This document shows, one piece after another, positions 19,005-29,240 of a stretch of DNA of 64,000 nucleotides. Position 1 is the stretch's first letter. Each line of letters begins with the position of its first letter. The notes below the pieces were generated by a model. It was not told the DNA's origin. It saw nothing but the letters and a program-made list of their open reading frames with translations, and searched no databases. The stretch lies in the NCBI GenBank assembly GCA_963772835.1, contig CAVYYZ010000011.1:411107-475106 (forward strand). The letters are read 5' to 3'. The position numbers and the translations under genes were made by a program. This DNA comes from an uncultured delta proteobacterium. Lineage in GTDB: Bacteria > Desulfobacterota > Desulfuromonadia > Geobacterales > Pseudopelobacteraceae.

Positions 19005-19565
19005 ATGCGAGTCATTTCAGGAACCTGTCGCGGCAGAAAACTGTCTGTACCACCAGGTATAGCGACAAGGCCGACCTCTGATCGTGTTAAAGAAGCTCTT
19101 TTCAGTATTCTGACGAGCCGCATCGATGTTGCTGAATTGCACGTTCTTGATATCTGCGCCGGCACCGGCAGCCTTGGCATCGAAGCTCTCAGTCGGGGCG
19201 CCTCGCATTGTTGTTTTATTGAATGCAATCTATCGCTTAAAACAATACTATCTAAAAATCTGATAGTTACCAACAACCTGAACCACTCTGATATTATAAT
19301 CATGGATGCGGTAAAGGCGATTCGAGCTATGGCAGGTCGGGGGAAAGTCTTTGATCTTGTTTTTTTTGATCCTCCCTATGATGCTGGATTGTACCAGGGA
19401 GTACTTGAAGCACTCGACTCTTCAGGCATGTTACGTCCCGGCTCTATTCTGGTGGCGGAGTGTTCGGCACGAAACTGCTTGCTGGAAGCATATGGCCGCC
19501 TAAAACGCTTTGACCGGCGGGTATATGGACAGACTGCACTCGAATTGTTTGCGCTGGAGGAATAA
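19005..19565 (+). CDS. rsmD: 16S rRNA m2G966 methyltransferase
   Basis: MRVISG...RPTSDRVKEALF, LDICAGTGSLGIEALSRGA, DPPY; directly upstream of coaD. Confidence 0.95.
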   Translation: MRVISGTCRGRKLSVPPGIATRPTSDRVKEALFSILTSRIDVAELHVLDICAGTGSLGIEALSRGASHCCFIECNLSLKTILSKNLIVTNNLNHSDIIIMDAVKAIRAMAGRGKVFDLVFFDPPYDAGLYQGVLEALDSSGMLRPGSILVAECSARNCLLEAYGRLKRFDRRVYGQTALELFALEE

Positions 19566-20050
19566 TGAAAAAAATCGCCGTGTACCCGGGGTCATTTGAT
19601 CCGATCACGTATGGCCACATTGATATAATTAATCGAGGGCTGACTATCTTTGATGAGATTATCGTTGCCGTCGCAAAGAACTCTCAGAAAAATGCCCTCT
19701 TTTCCACTGATGAACGGGTCGAATTGATTCAGGATGTCGTAAAAGGGGAGGGGAGGGTCACGGTTGACACGTTCAGTGGACTGCTGATTGATTACGTTTC
19801 CTCCCGCGGGGCCCATGTCATAATCCGCGGCCTCCGGGCAATATCAGACTTCGAATATGAATTTCAGATAGCCCAGATGAACAGCTGTATTGGCAGGCAG
19901 ATTGAAACGCTTTTCATGATGACATCCCTGCAGTACGGATATCTCTCTTCCTCGATTGTCAAAGAGGTGTGTTCGCTCAACGGCGATATTGACAAATTTG
20001 TGCCGCCGGAAGTAAAAACAGCATTGCGGCAAAAATACGGTCTGTTGTAG
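19565..20050 (+). CDS. coaD: Phosphopantetheine adenylyltransferase
   Basis: YPGSFDPITYGH, RGLRAISDFEYE, LSSSIVKE. Confidence 0.97.
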   Translation: MKKIAVYPGSFDPITYGHIDIINRGLTIFDEIIVAVAKNSQKNALFSTDERVELIQDVVKGEGRVTVDTFSGLLIDYVSSRGAHVIIRGLRAISDFEYEFQIAQMNSCIGRQIETLFMMTSLQYGYLSSSIVKEVCSLNGDIDKFVPPEVKTALRQKYGLL

Positions 20051-20085
20051 TCGCCGATACATTCCAATCACCAGGGAGGTGCTTC

Positions 20086-20280
20086 ATGATTACTCAGGAT
20101 ATGATAATTGCCGACATCATCACGCAGCATCCCGAGACGCTTTCGGTTTTCAAAGAGTATAATCTCGACTGTTACGAATGCCAGATTGCCGATCTCGAAA
20201 CATTGGGACATGGAGCAGGCGTACATAAGATTGCCATTGACCAGCTGCTGAAAGCCCTGAACAGCGTTTTGAAAAAATAA
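20086..20280 (+). CDS. DUF1858-like small CxxC protein
   Basis: ITQDMIIADII..HPET..VF..Y.LDCYEC...ETL..GA.VH pattern; GGAGG RBS. Confidence 0.8.
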   Translation: MITQDMIIADIITQHPETLSVFKEYNLDCYECQIADLETLGHGAGVHKIAIDQLLKALNSVLKK

Positions 20281-20332
20281 CCTGTACGCCGGCTGCCTCG
20301 TGGTGATTCTACCTGAGGTTTTGTAGTGGAGG

Positions 20333-23300
20333 TCAAGCCAGCATCATCTCATCTGCACGTCTGATAAACTCCGGCAGCGGCCTGCCAATATAAATTCCAT
20401 TAGGTACAGTTTCTGAAGATATTCCACGCAGATACAGGTATAGTGCTCCTCCGAAATGTGTCTCGTAGCTGTAGCCGGGGAGACGCGCCTGTAATAACCG
20501 GTTCAGCGCCAGCGTGTAGAGATGATACTGGAGGATATAGGCACTCCGACACATCGATTCATGCATCGCACCCTGGCTGTAGTCGGACTTTTTCATACCG
20601 AGGTGGTTGGATTTCCAGTCGAGAATGTAGAAACGTCCGTTATGCGTGAACACAAGGTCAATGAAACCCTGCAGCATGCCTCTGCTCTGCCGGAAGGAAA
20701 GACGGCTCAGTACCTCGTAATATTCGCCGAAGAGATTCTCATCCAGCAGCCCTTCAAACAACAACCGCAGGGTATCCGGACTAAGCTGCCTGATTGGCAG
20801 ATAAAACTCCATCTCCGTCTGCCACTCCCCTTTTTTCAGGTGTGACAGGGTGAAATCCGGATACTCCGGGATAATCCGGGCGGAGGTCACATCAGCGACC
20901 AGGCCGCTGACTGCCGGCAGCCACTGTTCGTGAAAGCCGTGACCGGCCAGTGAAGAACGTACAATGGAGGAAATAGAATCACTGGTAAGTCGCTGGTATT
21001 CCAGCAGTTCAAAAATTTCATGAAGAAACGTTCCGGCTTGTGCACCGCGCGGAAAGTCGAAAATCGTACTTCCACCTGAAATGTACTCTGACTGCATTGA
21101 ATATTCTGCCGGATCATCTGTGAGCGGATCATGGTCATGCGGTTCAAAAATATGTCCGGCCTTTGAAGTCACGCCGCTGAAACTTGCAATGTGCCAATCT
21201 TCACGGGGAGGGTGGGCAAGTGTTCTGCAGGTATATGGTGAAACGTCGGATTCGTGTGACAGATACGGCGGAAAGGCCTCATGCACGGGCATCATCCCGG
21301 TGAAAATACCATTTTCTCCGCTGTTTGAAAGAGTCTGCACGTCCTCGAGAATCGCCCGATCGCTTAATTCAGAAAAGCTCTTGCTCTGCTCTGACGCTGT
21401 TCCACCATGCAGCAACTGAAAAAGAGGCGAGTCGCCTGCTCCGTTGATCCCACCCCAGACGGTATAACAGCGGAACTCTGCCCTGGTCAGAGCGACATAC
21501 AGGAGCCGGGCGGCCTCACTCTTCGACTCTGTTTCAGCCCGCCGCATATTTTCTTCGCTTCCCGCAAGATCCAGAACCAGTGCCCCCTCATCCGTATGAA
21601 ACAGAGCCCTGTCAGGTCTGCCGGATGGCGCATCCCAGGCAAAAGGTACGAAAACCACCGGGTACTGCAGACCTTTACTGGTATGAATGGTTGAGATCAT
21701 AACCGCATCATCATCAGTTTCAAGGCGCAGCAACGACGCGTCATCCCTGTCTGGTGTCCCTATTTTTCTCTCCAGCCATGAAATCAGTCCGGTCAGGCTT
21801 TTCCCTTGTTCCTGCTCGGTCTGGTGGAGTATTTCACAGCAGTGCAGAATATTGGTCAGCCTGCGTTCTCCGCCGACTCGTGACAAAACCTGCGTCCGTA
21901 CTCCGCAGGTCCCCAGCAGACGAGATACAAGGGCAACCACTCCGCCGGCCTCGACGGAAGTATGCAGTTGTTGAAAACGGAGCATCCATGTTTCCCAATC
22001 AGGATGTTCACCGGAACTTTCCACATATTGAGAAACCAGATTGGCGCTCACACCCATACTGGCGGTCACCAGAGCTTCTCGAACTAGAGCTTCACGATGC
22101 GGTTCCGAGGCCGCCCGCAAAATACGCAGCAGGTCAAGTGCCTCGGATGTCTCAAAAATTGTTGCGCCTCCCTGCTGGACTGAAGGGATTCCGAGCGCTG
22201 ACAGCGCTTCCCGAACCTGGCTGGCTTGTTTGTGGGTTTTCACCAGCACGGCAATATCACCGGTTTTTAACGGATGTGTCTGACCGGCCTTCATGATGGA
22301 AACGCGCCCCTGTTCCAACAGACGGGCGACTTCTTCAGCGACTGTCTGAACGATGCTGCGGGTGGCCACCGTCCTGGCTTCAGTTTTGGACCCGTCACTG
22401 CGTGGGTAAATCCAGATTTTGAACGGCTGTGTATCCGGTTCGCGATCGCATAATAACCGGTCATTCACAGAGCGCCCTGACCGTGTCGGGTGGAAGGGGA
22501 TGTCCTTGCAGATAAATGGATCAGAACCCGCTGTGAAAAGAGTGGAAACCGCTCTCACCAAAGCTGCGTCAGAACGGAAGTTTGTTCCCAGCGAATGCAT
22601 ATTTTCCGGGATTATTTTTTTGCAGGCATTCAGGTAGGAAAATACATCGGCCCCGCGAAAGCTGTAAATAGACTGTTTCGGATCACCGATAAGGAACAGT
22701 GGATACTCCTGATCTGCTCCTATTCGATTGAAAATGTTCCACTGTAGAGGGTCCGTATCCTGAAATTCATCGATCAGGGCGGTCTTGTAGCGCTGACGCA
22801 GCTTATTGACAAGGGCATCCGCACTCTCTGATTCAAGTGCCAGATGAAGATCAAGCAGTAAGTCATCGAATGAGCGGACATTTAACTTTATTTTGCGCTG
22901 ACTTAATTCCTTTTCAAGCCACTTTTTGAAGTCGTGCTGGCAGGTAAATATTTTGTTCTGAAAAGCCTGGGTAATTGAAGATGAAATTTCAGATAACCGT
23001 TGACAGAGGATAAAAAAATGGTGGTCAGGAGTGAAAGGAGATGATTTGGTTATTTTTGAAGCTATCTTCCGGGCCGAAAAAAAATCAAGTTTTCCGTTTG
23101 GCAGGGATGCCTTTCCACCCGTGACCCAATTATCAAAAGCAGCGGAAGCCGCTTCTATCTGAGATGGTTTATAACTTTGCTGGTTCAGGCGGCTCTCTTC
23201 CAGCTGCCCGGTTATTGTGCTGCGTTCTGCGTTCCAGAGAGAACAAACCAGTTCGTAAAGGTTATTACGATCACGTATGAGGTGTGCATACGGGACATCA

Positions 23301-23911
23301 GAAACCGGGGGAATGATGGTGAGGCCGGGATTCTGATAATGCCCGCCAAGCGGCTTTACAAGCTTCCCTGGAGTATAGCCTCCCGCAACCAGGTGCTCAA
23401 TGAAATCATCCGACTGCGAAAGAATGTGTGATCGCCAGAAGTCGTCACAAACCTCTTTTACGATAGCACTCTGGTCACTGAGCATGTCACAGCCGAAGAG
23501 TGAACCGCTTTCAAAAGTATTTTCCAGCAACGCCCGTTGGCAGAATCCGTGAATGGTAAAGATTGCGGCTTCATCGAATGAATACAGTGCCCGGGTCAGG
23601 AGCTGCCTGGCTCTCAGACCGTTCTGCAGGCGAACCGTCATAAGGAGCCGTTCAAGATCGTCATCGGCCGGAGCACGCCCGCTTGAGTACATATCAAGTG
23701 TGGTTACGATCCGCCGCCTGATTCGTTCGCGCAGTTCAGAGGTGGCGGCTTTTGTGTAGGTCACCACAAGAATCTGTTCGGGGCGCAGTTCTTTTTCAAG
23801 AAGCAACAGGATGTAGAGTGCAGCGATAGTCCAGGTTTTTCCGGTGCCTGCGCTCGCTTCGACCAGGTTAAGGCCGGATAGTTGTATTGTAGCAAGATTG
23901 AGGGGTTTCAT
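20333..23911 (-). CDS. recB: Exodeoxyribonuclease V beta subunit (helicase-nuclease)
   Basis: EASAGTGKT, FTIHGFC, IDEFQDTD, GDPKQSIYSFRGAD, TIHTSKGL, YVALTRA; nuclease GFIDLVF...DWKSN. Confidence 0.95.
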   Translation of the reverse strand: MKPLNLATIQLSGLNLVEASAGTGKTWTIAALYILLLLEKELRPEQILVVTYTKAATSELRERIRRRIVTTLDMYSSGRAPADDDLERLLMTVRLQNGLRARQLLTRALYSFDEAAIFTIHGFCQRALLENTFESGSLFGCDMLSDQSAIVKEVCDDFWRSHILSQSDDFIEHLVAGGYTPGKLVKPLGGHYQNPGLTIIPPVSDVPYAHLIRDRNNLYELVCSLWNAERSTITGQLEESRLNQQSYKPSQIEAASAAFDNWVTGGKASLPNGKLDFFSARKIASKITKSSPFTPDHHFFILCQRLSEISSSITQAFQNKIFTCQHDFKKWLEKELSQRKIKLNVRSFDDLLLDLHLALESESADALVNKLRQRYKTALIDEFQDTDPLQWNIFNRIGADQEYPLFLIGDPKQSIYSFRGADVFSYLNACKKIIPENMHSLGTNFRSDAALVRAVSTLFTAGSDPFICKDIPFHPTRSGRSVNDRLLCDREPDTQPFKIWIYPRSDGSKTEARTVATRSIVQTVAEEVARLLEQGRVSIMKAGQTHPLKTGDIAVLVKTHKQASQVREALSALGIPSVQQGGATIFETSEALDLLRILRAASEPHREALVREALVTASMGVSANLVSQYVESSGEHPDWETWMLRFQQLHTSVEAGGVVALVSRLLGTCGVRTQVLSRVGGERRLTNILHCCEILHQTEQEQGKSLTGLISWLERKIGTPDRDDASLLRLETDDDAVMISTIHTSKGLQYPVVFVPFAWDAPSGRPDRALFHTDEGALVLDLAGSEENMRRAETESKSEAARLLYVALTRAEFRCYTVWGGINGAGDSPLFQLLHGGTASEQSKSFSELSDRAILEDVQTLSNSGENGIFTGMMPVHEAFPPYLSHESDVSPYTCRTLAHPPREDWHIASFSGVTSKAGHIFEPHDHDPLTDDPAEYSMQSEYISGGSTIFDFPRGAQAGTFLHEIFELLEYQRLTSDSISSIVRSSLAGHGFHEQWLPAVSGLVADVTSARIIPEYPDFTLSHLKKGEWQTEMEFYLPIRQLSPDTLRLLFEGLLDENLFGEYYEVLSRLSFRQSRGMLQGFIDLVFTHNGRFYILDWKSNHLGMKKSDYSQGAMHESMCRSAYILQYHLYTLALNRLLQARLPGYSYETHFGGALYLYLRGISSETVPNGIYIGRPLPEFIRRADEMMLA

Positions 23912-23950
23912 GGGGTTTGCATGGCAAAGAGGTCACGGACGAAAGAGGAT

Positions 23951-23986
23951 TCTCCCCCCTTCTCCGGGTTCAAAGAAAGGGGGAGA
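23951..23986. repeat. 13-bp imperfect inverted repeat (hairpin) between the Tim44-like gene and recB
   Basis: tctccccccttct-N10-agaaagggggaga, one mismatch. Confidence 0.6.
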
Positions 23987-23997
23987 GTGTTCATGAT

Positions 23998-24927
23998 CTA
24001 TTTCTGGTCTATAGCAGACAGCTTCCAGGGGTTATTGCCGACTGGACGGGTAAAGGTCCAATATTCCTCGAATTTGACCGGTTCACTCTTATTGCCGGTC
24101 AGTAACACACCGCCTTCATCCGTCGTGTAATCAAGCAGATTGGCATAAATCAGGGTGTTGATATAATCCTGACCTGATTCCTGCCACGCTTCAACAATTT
24201 CAACTTTTCGAACTGCAATGTTTTCCAACCGGTTGATCTGCTTGTCCCTGATCAGTTTATCAATATCCGACTGAAAAACGCGGCGCATCTCGTCCGTCAG
24301 AATTCCGGTCACCGGCGTCAGATCACGATTCATCCATGAACCCTGGATCTTGAAGAAGTTATCCATTACCAGGTCGTTATAACGGTTCTCGTCAAAGGAG
24401 GAATCAAACTGACGAATATGGGCAAGGCCGGTATCAACGTCCTCCACCTCCGGAGATGTGTTTTGATATCCCTGGGAAATCGGTGTTACATTTCCCCCCT
24501 GGTATGGGCCGGGTTCAATAGAATTTCCTTCTCTTTTTTTCTTGATATAGCGATAGATGAGGTAGCCGATTCCGGCAAGTAATAAAATATCAAACAGACC
24601 GGTTCCACCGCCGCCCCCACCCATTCCGCCAAACCCGAGACTCCTGAAAAGCATCCCGCCAAGCAGACCGCCGGCAATACCCCCCGCCATGCTTCTCATG
24701 AACCCACCGGATGCAGGCGGTTGATAGCCGGGACTCTGCGCTGTCTGCGGCGTACGGGATGGTGCCGGTTGCGTGGCGGGACGGGAGGAATAGCTGCGTG
24801 ATCCGCTGCTCCCTATGGATCGGCTTCCACCCCCGGCTCTTGCCTCTGCTTCAAACTCAAGAACTGTGGCAGAAAGAAACAATACGGCAGCAAGCAGTGT
24901 GAAAAATCTGAGCGAGTATGTATTCAT
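23998..24927 (-). CDS. Tim44-like domain membrane protein with Gly-rich N-terminus
   Basis: Signal peptide, ARAGGG..S.GS.GSRSY, Gly-rich TM segments, C-terminal KFEEYWTF.R...WKLSAI; AGGAG RBS before ATG 24927. Confidence 0.88.
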   Translation of the reverse strand: MNTYSLRFFTLLAAVLFLSATVLEFEAEARAGGGSRSIGSSGSRSYSSRPATQPAPSRTPQTAQSPGYQPPASGGFMRSMAGGIAGGLLGGMLFRSLGFGGMGGGGGGTGLFDILLLAGIGYLIYRYIKKKREGNSIEPGPYQGGNVTPISQGYQNTSPEVEDVDTGLAHIRQFDSSFDENRYNDLVMDNFFKIQGSWMNRDLTPVTGILTDEMRRVFQSDIDKLIRDKQINRLENIAVRKVEIVEAWQESGQDYINTLIYANLLDYTTDEGGVLLTGNKSEPVKFEEYWTFTRPVGNNPWKLSAIDQK

Positions 24928-25113
24928 CTTTTTAACTCCTTTGAAAACTGAATATATCTGCTGCCTTGAATGTATCAGCATGCTGTCCTGAATGTAGTGG
25001 GAGTGCTGGATAAAATCAAGGCTCACTTGCTAATAAACAGAACAGCCCATGACACAGCACATCCCCCATTTCTTGTTTTACGCGCGGCACCGGTAGATTC
25101 TCCAGTTTTCAGA

Positions 25114-26220
25114 TCAAGGAAGAAGTTTTGATTTGATTGCCTCAACGACATAATACGCATCATTGATTGCTGTATAAATGAGATTTGGATGTCTTTCCTC
25201 AGCAATAGTTCCACCGCTTATTTTCATGTAGGAGGGGGAGATTGCACCGCCGATAACATACACACCTTTTCGCGTGGATTCGAATTCTGATGAAAGCAGC
25301 ACCAGGCGATCTCCCTCTTTTGCAATTTTGCAGACGCCGGACGTGCAGGCAATGCTCTGGATATTCAGCTTATCGAAGATCGGCACCGGCCCCTGAGAGC
25401 CGATACAGGCGATGACATTCTGCATCGGGAAGCTCAGGGCGTGATAGAGATCAATGCCGTCGGCCTGTTCAAAAACGTTGATACGAATTACCAATCTGTC
25501 GACTCCCAGAGCATCGACCTCACCAATACGAGGCATCGCTCCAGGCAATAAACGGATATTTCCACCCAGAAGGATTTCTTCACCCAGGCGTTGGGCGGTT
25601 TCTTTGTTGACGTCAAACGTTTCCGCCTTGTGTGCCCAGTAGACCGGGTGGGTATCTCCGGCTTCACGCTTGGCCTTAAGGATGTTGATGATCACGTCAG
25701 CCGCCGTATTGCCGCCTCCGATAACCAGGGTTTTAATGCCGACATATTTCCCTGGATCATCTACATTTTTTGCGACCATCTTGGCATCGCCGTATACGGA
25801 AAGCTCACGAGGAATGTTGCTGCCGAAAGAAAGTACAACTTTCTTTCCTTTGAAATTTCCTTTTGAGGTAATGACCGCCAGGCAATCCCGCTCGTCCTTT
25901 ATGTCTTCAAAATCCACTTCCGTCTGCACAAGAAGATTCTCATGCTGGACAAAATGTTGAACGTATTGAAGATAACTTTCAACGGTTACCGGCTTGTCCG
26001 GCGGCCGCAATTCATCCACCATGAAAGGTTCAGGTGCATCCTTTGGCCGGGAGGCATATACCAGTTTTCCTTCAGGATACGTATTTGCGATCCCTTGAAA
26101 TATTGCTTTTCCTGATTCAAGAACCAGATATGAAAGGCCATGTTTATGGCACAGGTAGGCTGTTGAGAGGCCGGCCGGGCCTCCTCCGATTATCAGAACA
26201 TCATAGATTTTGTTTTTCAT
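25114..26220 (-). CDS. FAD/NAD(P)-dependent oxidoreductase, thioredoxin-reductase-like fold
   Basis: DVLIIGGGPAGL, VIGGGNTAAD, ESTRKGVYVIG. Confidence 0.8.
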   Translation of the reverse strand: MKNKIYDVLIIGGGPAGLSTAYLCHKHGLSYLVLESGKAIFQGIANTYPEGKLVYASRPKDAPEPFMVDELRPPDKPVTVESYLQYVQHFVQHENLLVQTEVDFEDIKDERDCLAVITSKGNFKGKKVVLSFGSNIPRELSVYGDAKMVAKNVDDPGKYVGIKTLVIGGGNTAADVIINILKAKREAGDTHPVYWAHKAETFDVNKETAQRLGEEILLGGNIRLLPGAMPRIGEVDALGVDRLVIRINVFEQADGIDLYHALSFPMQNVIACIGSQGPVPIFDKLNIQSIACTSGVCKIAKEGDRLVLLSSEFESTRKGVYVIGGAISPSYMKISGGTIAEERHPNLIYTAINDAYYVVEAIKSKLLP

Positions 26221-26474
26221 AAGAACGCCCTCGTTGTGTATTCATCCGGAAAGTTTTTCTTGCGCATAGTTCGCAACAAATAATTATACATTTTTTTCCT
26301 ACTCAGTGTATGAGGCTGAAAACTATTTCAGGTCAAAAATACAGGTTTAACGATTATCTGAAGTTTCCGTTCGATTTGTACCATTATTAATTACAAAAAA
26401 ACAGTGGTAAGAAGTTTGCAAATGACCCTGAATGCGCTATTATTATACAACTACATTCAAAAAGGAGGTCACAT

Positions 26475-26816
26475 ATGGAAGAGAGAGATAAAAAAGTTGC
26501 CGGAGCGGCTTTACTGATTTTTGCTGGCGGCGTAATCGGAGCCGGCATGGCCCTGCTGTTTGCTCCCCAGTCGGGCGCCAGGACTCGAAAAGATATTATT
26601 CGGTACTCAAAAAAAGCCCGTCACCGTGCCGATGATGCAATGGATGACCTTGCCGCACATGTATCCAGTCTGGTTGAGGTGATAGGTGAGAAGACCGATG
26701 ATCTTTTGGATAAAGGCAAGGATGTGGCTGGAAGTGCCCGTAAAGATTTGATCCGGTTGATAGAGGAGGGTGCTTCGAAACTTGAAAAGTTCAGGACGGT
26801 ACTGAGCAGGATGTAA
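26475..26816 (+). CDS. YtxH-domain protein
   Basis: GGVIGAGMALLFAPQSGARTRKDI followed by helical charged tail; AAGGAGG RBS. Confidence 0.88.
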   Translation: MEERDKKVAGAALLIFAGGVIGAGMALLFAPQSGARTRKDIIRYSKKARHRADDAMDDLAAHVSSLVEVIGEKTDDLLDKGKDVAGSARKDLIRLIEEGASKLEKFRTVLSRM

Positions 26817-26849
26817 AGTCGCCAGAGTGAATACACATGGTTACCGTTG

Positions 26850-26892
26850 CATTACAAGAGAAGCCCGCAGTGAGCGGGCTTCTCTTGTAATG
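26850..26892. terminator. Perfect 19-bp inverted repeat, probable bidirectional terminator
   Basis: cattacaagagaagcccgc-agtga-gcgggcttctcttgtaatg between convergent genes. Confidence 0.8.
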
Positions 26893-26921
26893 ACGTTGTA
26901 TGTTTCCCCTTGAAGAAGAGT

Positions 26922-27272
26922 TTAATTTGCTCCGGCGTGTATCGCTACCAGAACGGCTGCAGCGCCAACCCACCAGACCCACCGATAATCCCCTAAATGG
27001 ACTTCTGCAAAATTTCCCCAATTGAAAGAGCTTCGTGATTCTCTTTTTTGTTCCGGTGCGGCTTTCGCTTCACCCTCTGTTGTTTGCGCGGCGGCCATAA
27101 GAACTGTACCTGTGGGCAGAGTCAGATTAATCGGACGTGCAGGGGGTATTACGTTTTCAGATGCTGGACCTGCCCCGATCGGCGAGGACATGAGCGCCGC
27201 GACTTCTTGAGCGTTCACGGCCGCTGGAACAAATGAGGTGAGACAAAGTACAATAGTCAGCGTGCGAAACAT
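26922..27272 (-). CDS. Hypothetical exported protein with C-terminal Trp-rich hydrophobic segment
   Basis: GGAGG RBS; signal peptide ending AVNA; C-terminus FNWGNFAEVHLGDYRWVWWVGAAAVLVAIHAGAN. Confidence 0.7.
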   Translation of the reverse strand: MFRTLTIVLCLTSFVPAAVNAQEVAALMSSPIGAGPASENVIPPARPINLTLPTGTVLMAAAQTTEGEAKAAPEQKRESRSSFNWGNFAEVHLGDYRWVWWVGAAAVLVAIHAGAN

Positions 27273-27354
27273 GGAGAACCTCCGGGATTTTTTTTGAACA
27301 TACCAAATTACATCTGAAATGCCAAGAAGCAAAGGATCCGTGCTTTCATGGGTT

Positions 27355-28044
27355 TTAAATCAGTATACAGGTGCTGTTTTTTTCCGGAATAAGTCTGTTG
27401 AAATAGTCTATTGTGGGGAATAATTCTGACATGCGAGGCTCAACCATTGAACTATAGCGACTGATATAAATAAGAAAGCGTATTGAAAAACTGTCAGCGG
27501 TTGCCAGATTCACTTCACTGTCCTCTCCAAGAAGCGTCCGTTTCGGATCGTAATTGATATAATTCTGCAATTCCCCCCAAAAACGGGCATCCTCCTTTGG
27601 CAGCCCAACCTGGTGGGCAGAAACAATTCCGTTAAAATACGGACCGATACGGGTGTTATTCATCTTCAGATCGAGTGTTTTCGAATGAGCGTTCGTGACA
27701 AGCCATACGGCTTTGTTGGCTTGCTTTAGGTAGAGCAGAAATTCGATTACATACGGATGAACGGCTATCAAATGCTCGACTTCAAGTTTTAACAGCGGGA
27801 TATCGAGCCTGAGACGGTCAGACCAGTAATCGAGATCGGTCCAGTTGAGCGTGTTTTCCTGGGATCTGAAAAGTCTATAGAGATGCACTTTGGCATCTTC
27901 GATTGAAGTCCCATTGCGAGCTGCCCAGCGCAGCGGGACATGCTCCAGCCAGAAGTGATCGTCAAAATGGCGGTCCAGCAGTGTCCCGTCCATATCAAGC
28001 AGTACGGTATCTATGTCATTCCAGTCAATCAGCATAAGGCGCAT
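27355..28044 (-). CDS. HAD-family hydrolase, YrfG-like GMP/IMP nucleotidase
   Basis: IDTVLLDMDGTLLD.HFD..FW..HVP, LNW..LDYWS, VTNAH, PKE. Confidence 0.88.
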   Translation of the reverse strand: MRLMLIDWNDIDTVLLDMDGTLLDRHFDDHFWLEHVPLRWAARNGTSIEDAKVHLYRLFRSQENTLNWTDLDYWSDRLRLDIPLLKLEVEHLIAVHPYVIEFLLYLKQANKAVWLVTNAHSKTLDLKMNNTRIGPYFNGIVSAHQVGLPKEDARFWGELQNYINYDPKRTLLGEDSEVNLATADSFSIRFLIYISRYSSMVEPRMSELFPTIDYFNRLIPEKNSTCILI

Positions 28045-28356
28045 TAATCCTTTAAATCCGGTCCGGCACGGCTTTGAGACAATATGTCCTACGCCGGTGA
28101 CTTGTCAAGCCGTGGGAAATATCTGTAGTAAAATATCTTCTTGTCCCTTCGCTGAATGTGTCACATTCCGGCCGTTATACTGCTCCAATTCCTGGTTGAT
28201 TTGATATTTTAAATGTTGTATTTCAGACAATATATGGTATTGATAGCGACATGATCAATCCGTTATCCCGCTTTTCGGGCGAAGTAATACCGCTGTTTTT
28301 TACCAGCAGTTTGGATGAGAAAAAGTACTCATAGATTCAACAGGGAGAGTAGAGAC

Positions 28357-29079
28357 ATGGCTATTAAAAAGATTTTGCTTGTCGATGATGTCAACTTTTT
28401 CCTTGAACTGGAAAAGGGGTTCTTTGACCGGGAGGAATTTCAAATACTACAGGCTGGTAACGGCGAAGAAGCCCTTGAGATTCTTATTACCGACCATCCG
28501 GATATAATTTTTATGGATCTGTTTATGCCTGTCATGGATGGTGATGTCTGCTGCCGCCTGATAAAAGAGCATGACGCACTACAGCATATACCTGTAATAA
28601 TGGTAACACAGGGTGGCAGTGACGTCGATTTTGAGCGCTGCTGGCAGGCGGGGTGTGATGATATAATCCCGAAGCCGTTAAATAAGTTTCTGTTTCAGTC
28701 CATGGTTAGAAAATATCTGGATATTCCGTTCAGAAAAGCACTCAGGGCTCCGGTCCGTCTGCATATACAATGCAAATCATGTACGAATCCTGATGAATAT
28801 CTCTCTGATTATACGGTCAATTTGAGCACTGGCGGATTCTTTATTGTTTCTACAGAATTGTACCCGGTTGACGCTCAGTTCAATATTGAATTTGTGTTGC
28901 CGAATGACGGGAAAGCTATACATTGCTCGGCAAGGGTCGCCTGGATAAATCATCCGGAGTCTCTTATCAATCAGAATCTCCCGGTCGGGATGGGTCTTCA
29001 GTTTCTTGATTTATCGCTGGACGATATGAATTCTATTCGTAATTTCATAAAAGATCAAACGCTGGTGCCGGAATGGTAA
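28357..29079 (+). CDS. REC-PilZ response regulator
   Basis: Receiver (LLVDD, FMDLFMP, PKP) plus PilZ motifs RKALR and NLSTGG, C-terminal GMGLQF. Confidence 0.88.
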   Translation: MAIKKILLVDDVNFFLELEKGFFDREEFQILQAGNGEEALEILITDHPDIIFMDLFMPVMDGDVCCRLIKEHDALQHIPVIMVTQGGSDVDFERCWQAGCDDIIPKPLNKFLFQSMVRKYLDIPFRKALRAPVRLHIQCKSCTNPDEYLSDYTVNLSTGGFFIVSTELYPVDAQFNIEFVLPNDGKAIHCSARVAWINHPESLINQNLPVGMGLQFLDLSLDDMNSIRNFIKDQTLVPEW

Positions 29080-29240
29080 CAATTTGAAATCACTACCCGT
29101 GGTGTTCCCGCCCTGAACCTGCCTGATCAATATACATATCCCGTCTTCTTCTTTGATGGTCACTGCTCGAATGACACCTGCACATCAGTCCAATTCATTT
29201 GACTTTATGGTCATCAACCGCGTATAAAGATCGATCACCT

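Noticed and set aside
27308..27325. Sigma54-like promoter upstream of the small exported protein (TTGGCATT-N4-ATGTA, minus strand)
   Set aside because: The -12 element lacks the conserved GC; too weak to call
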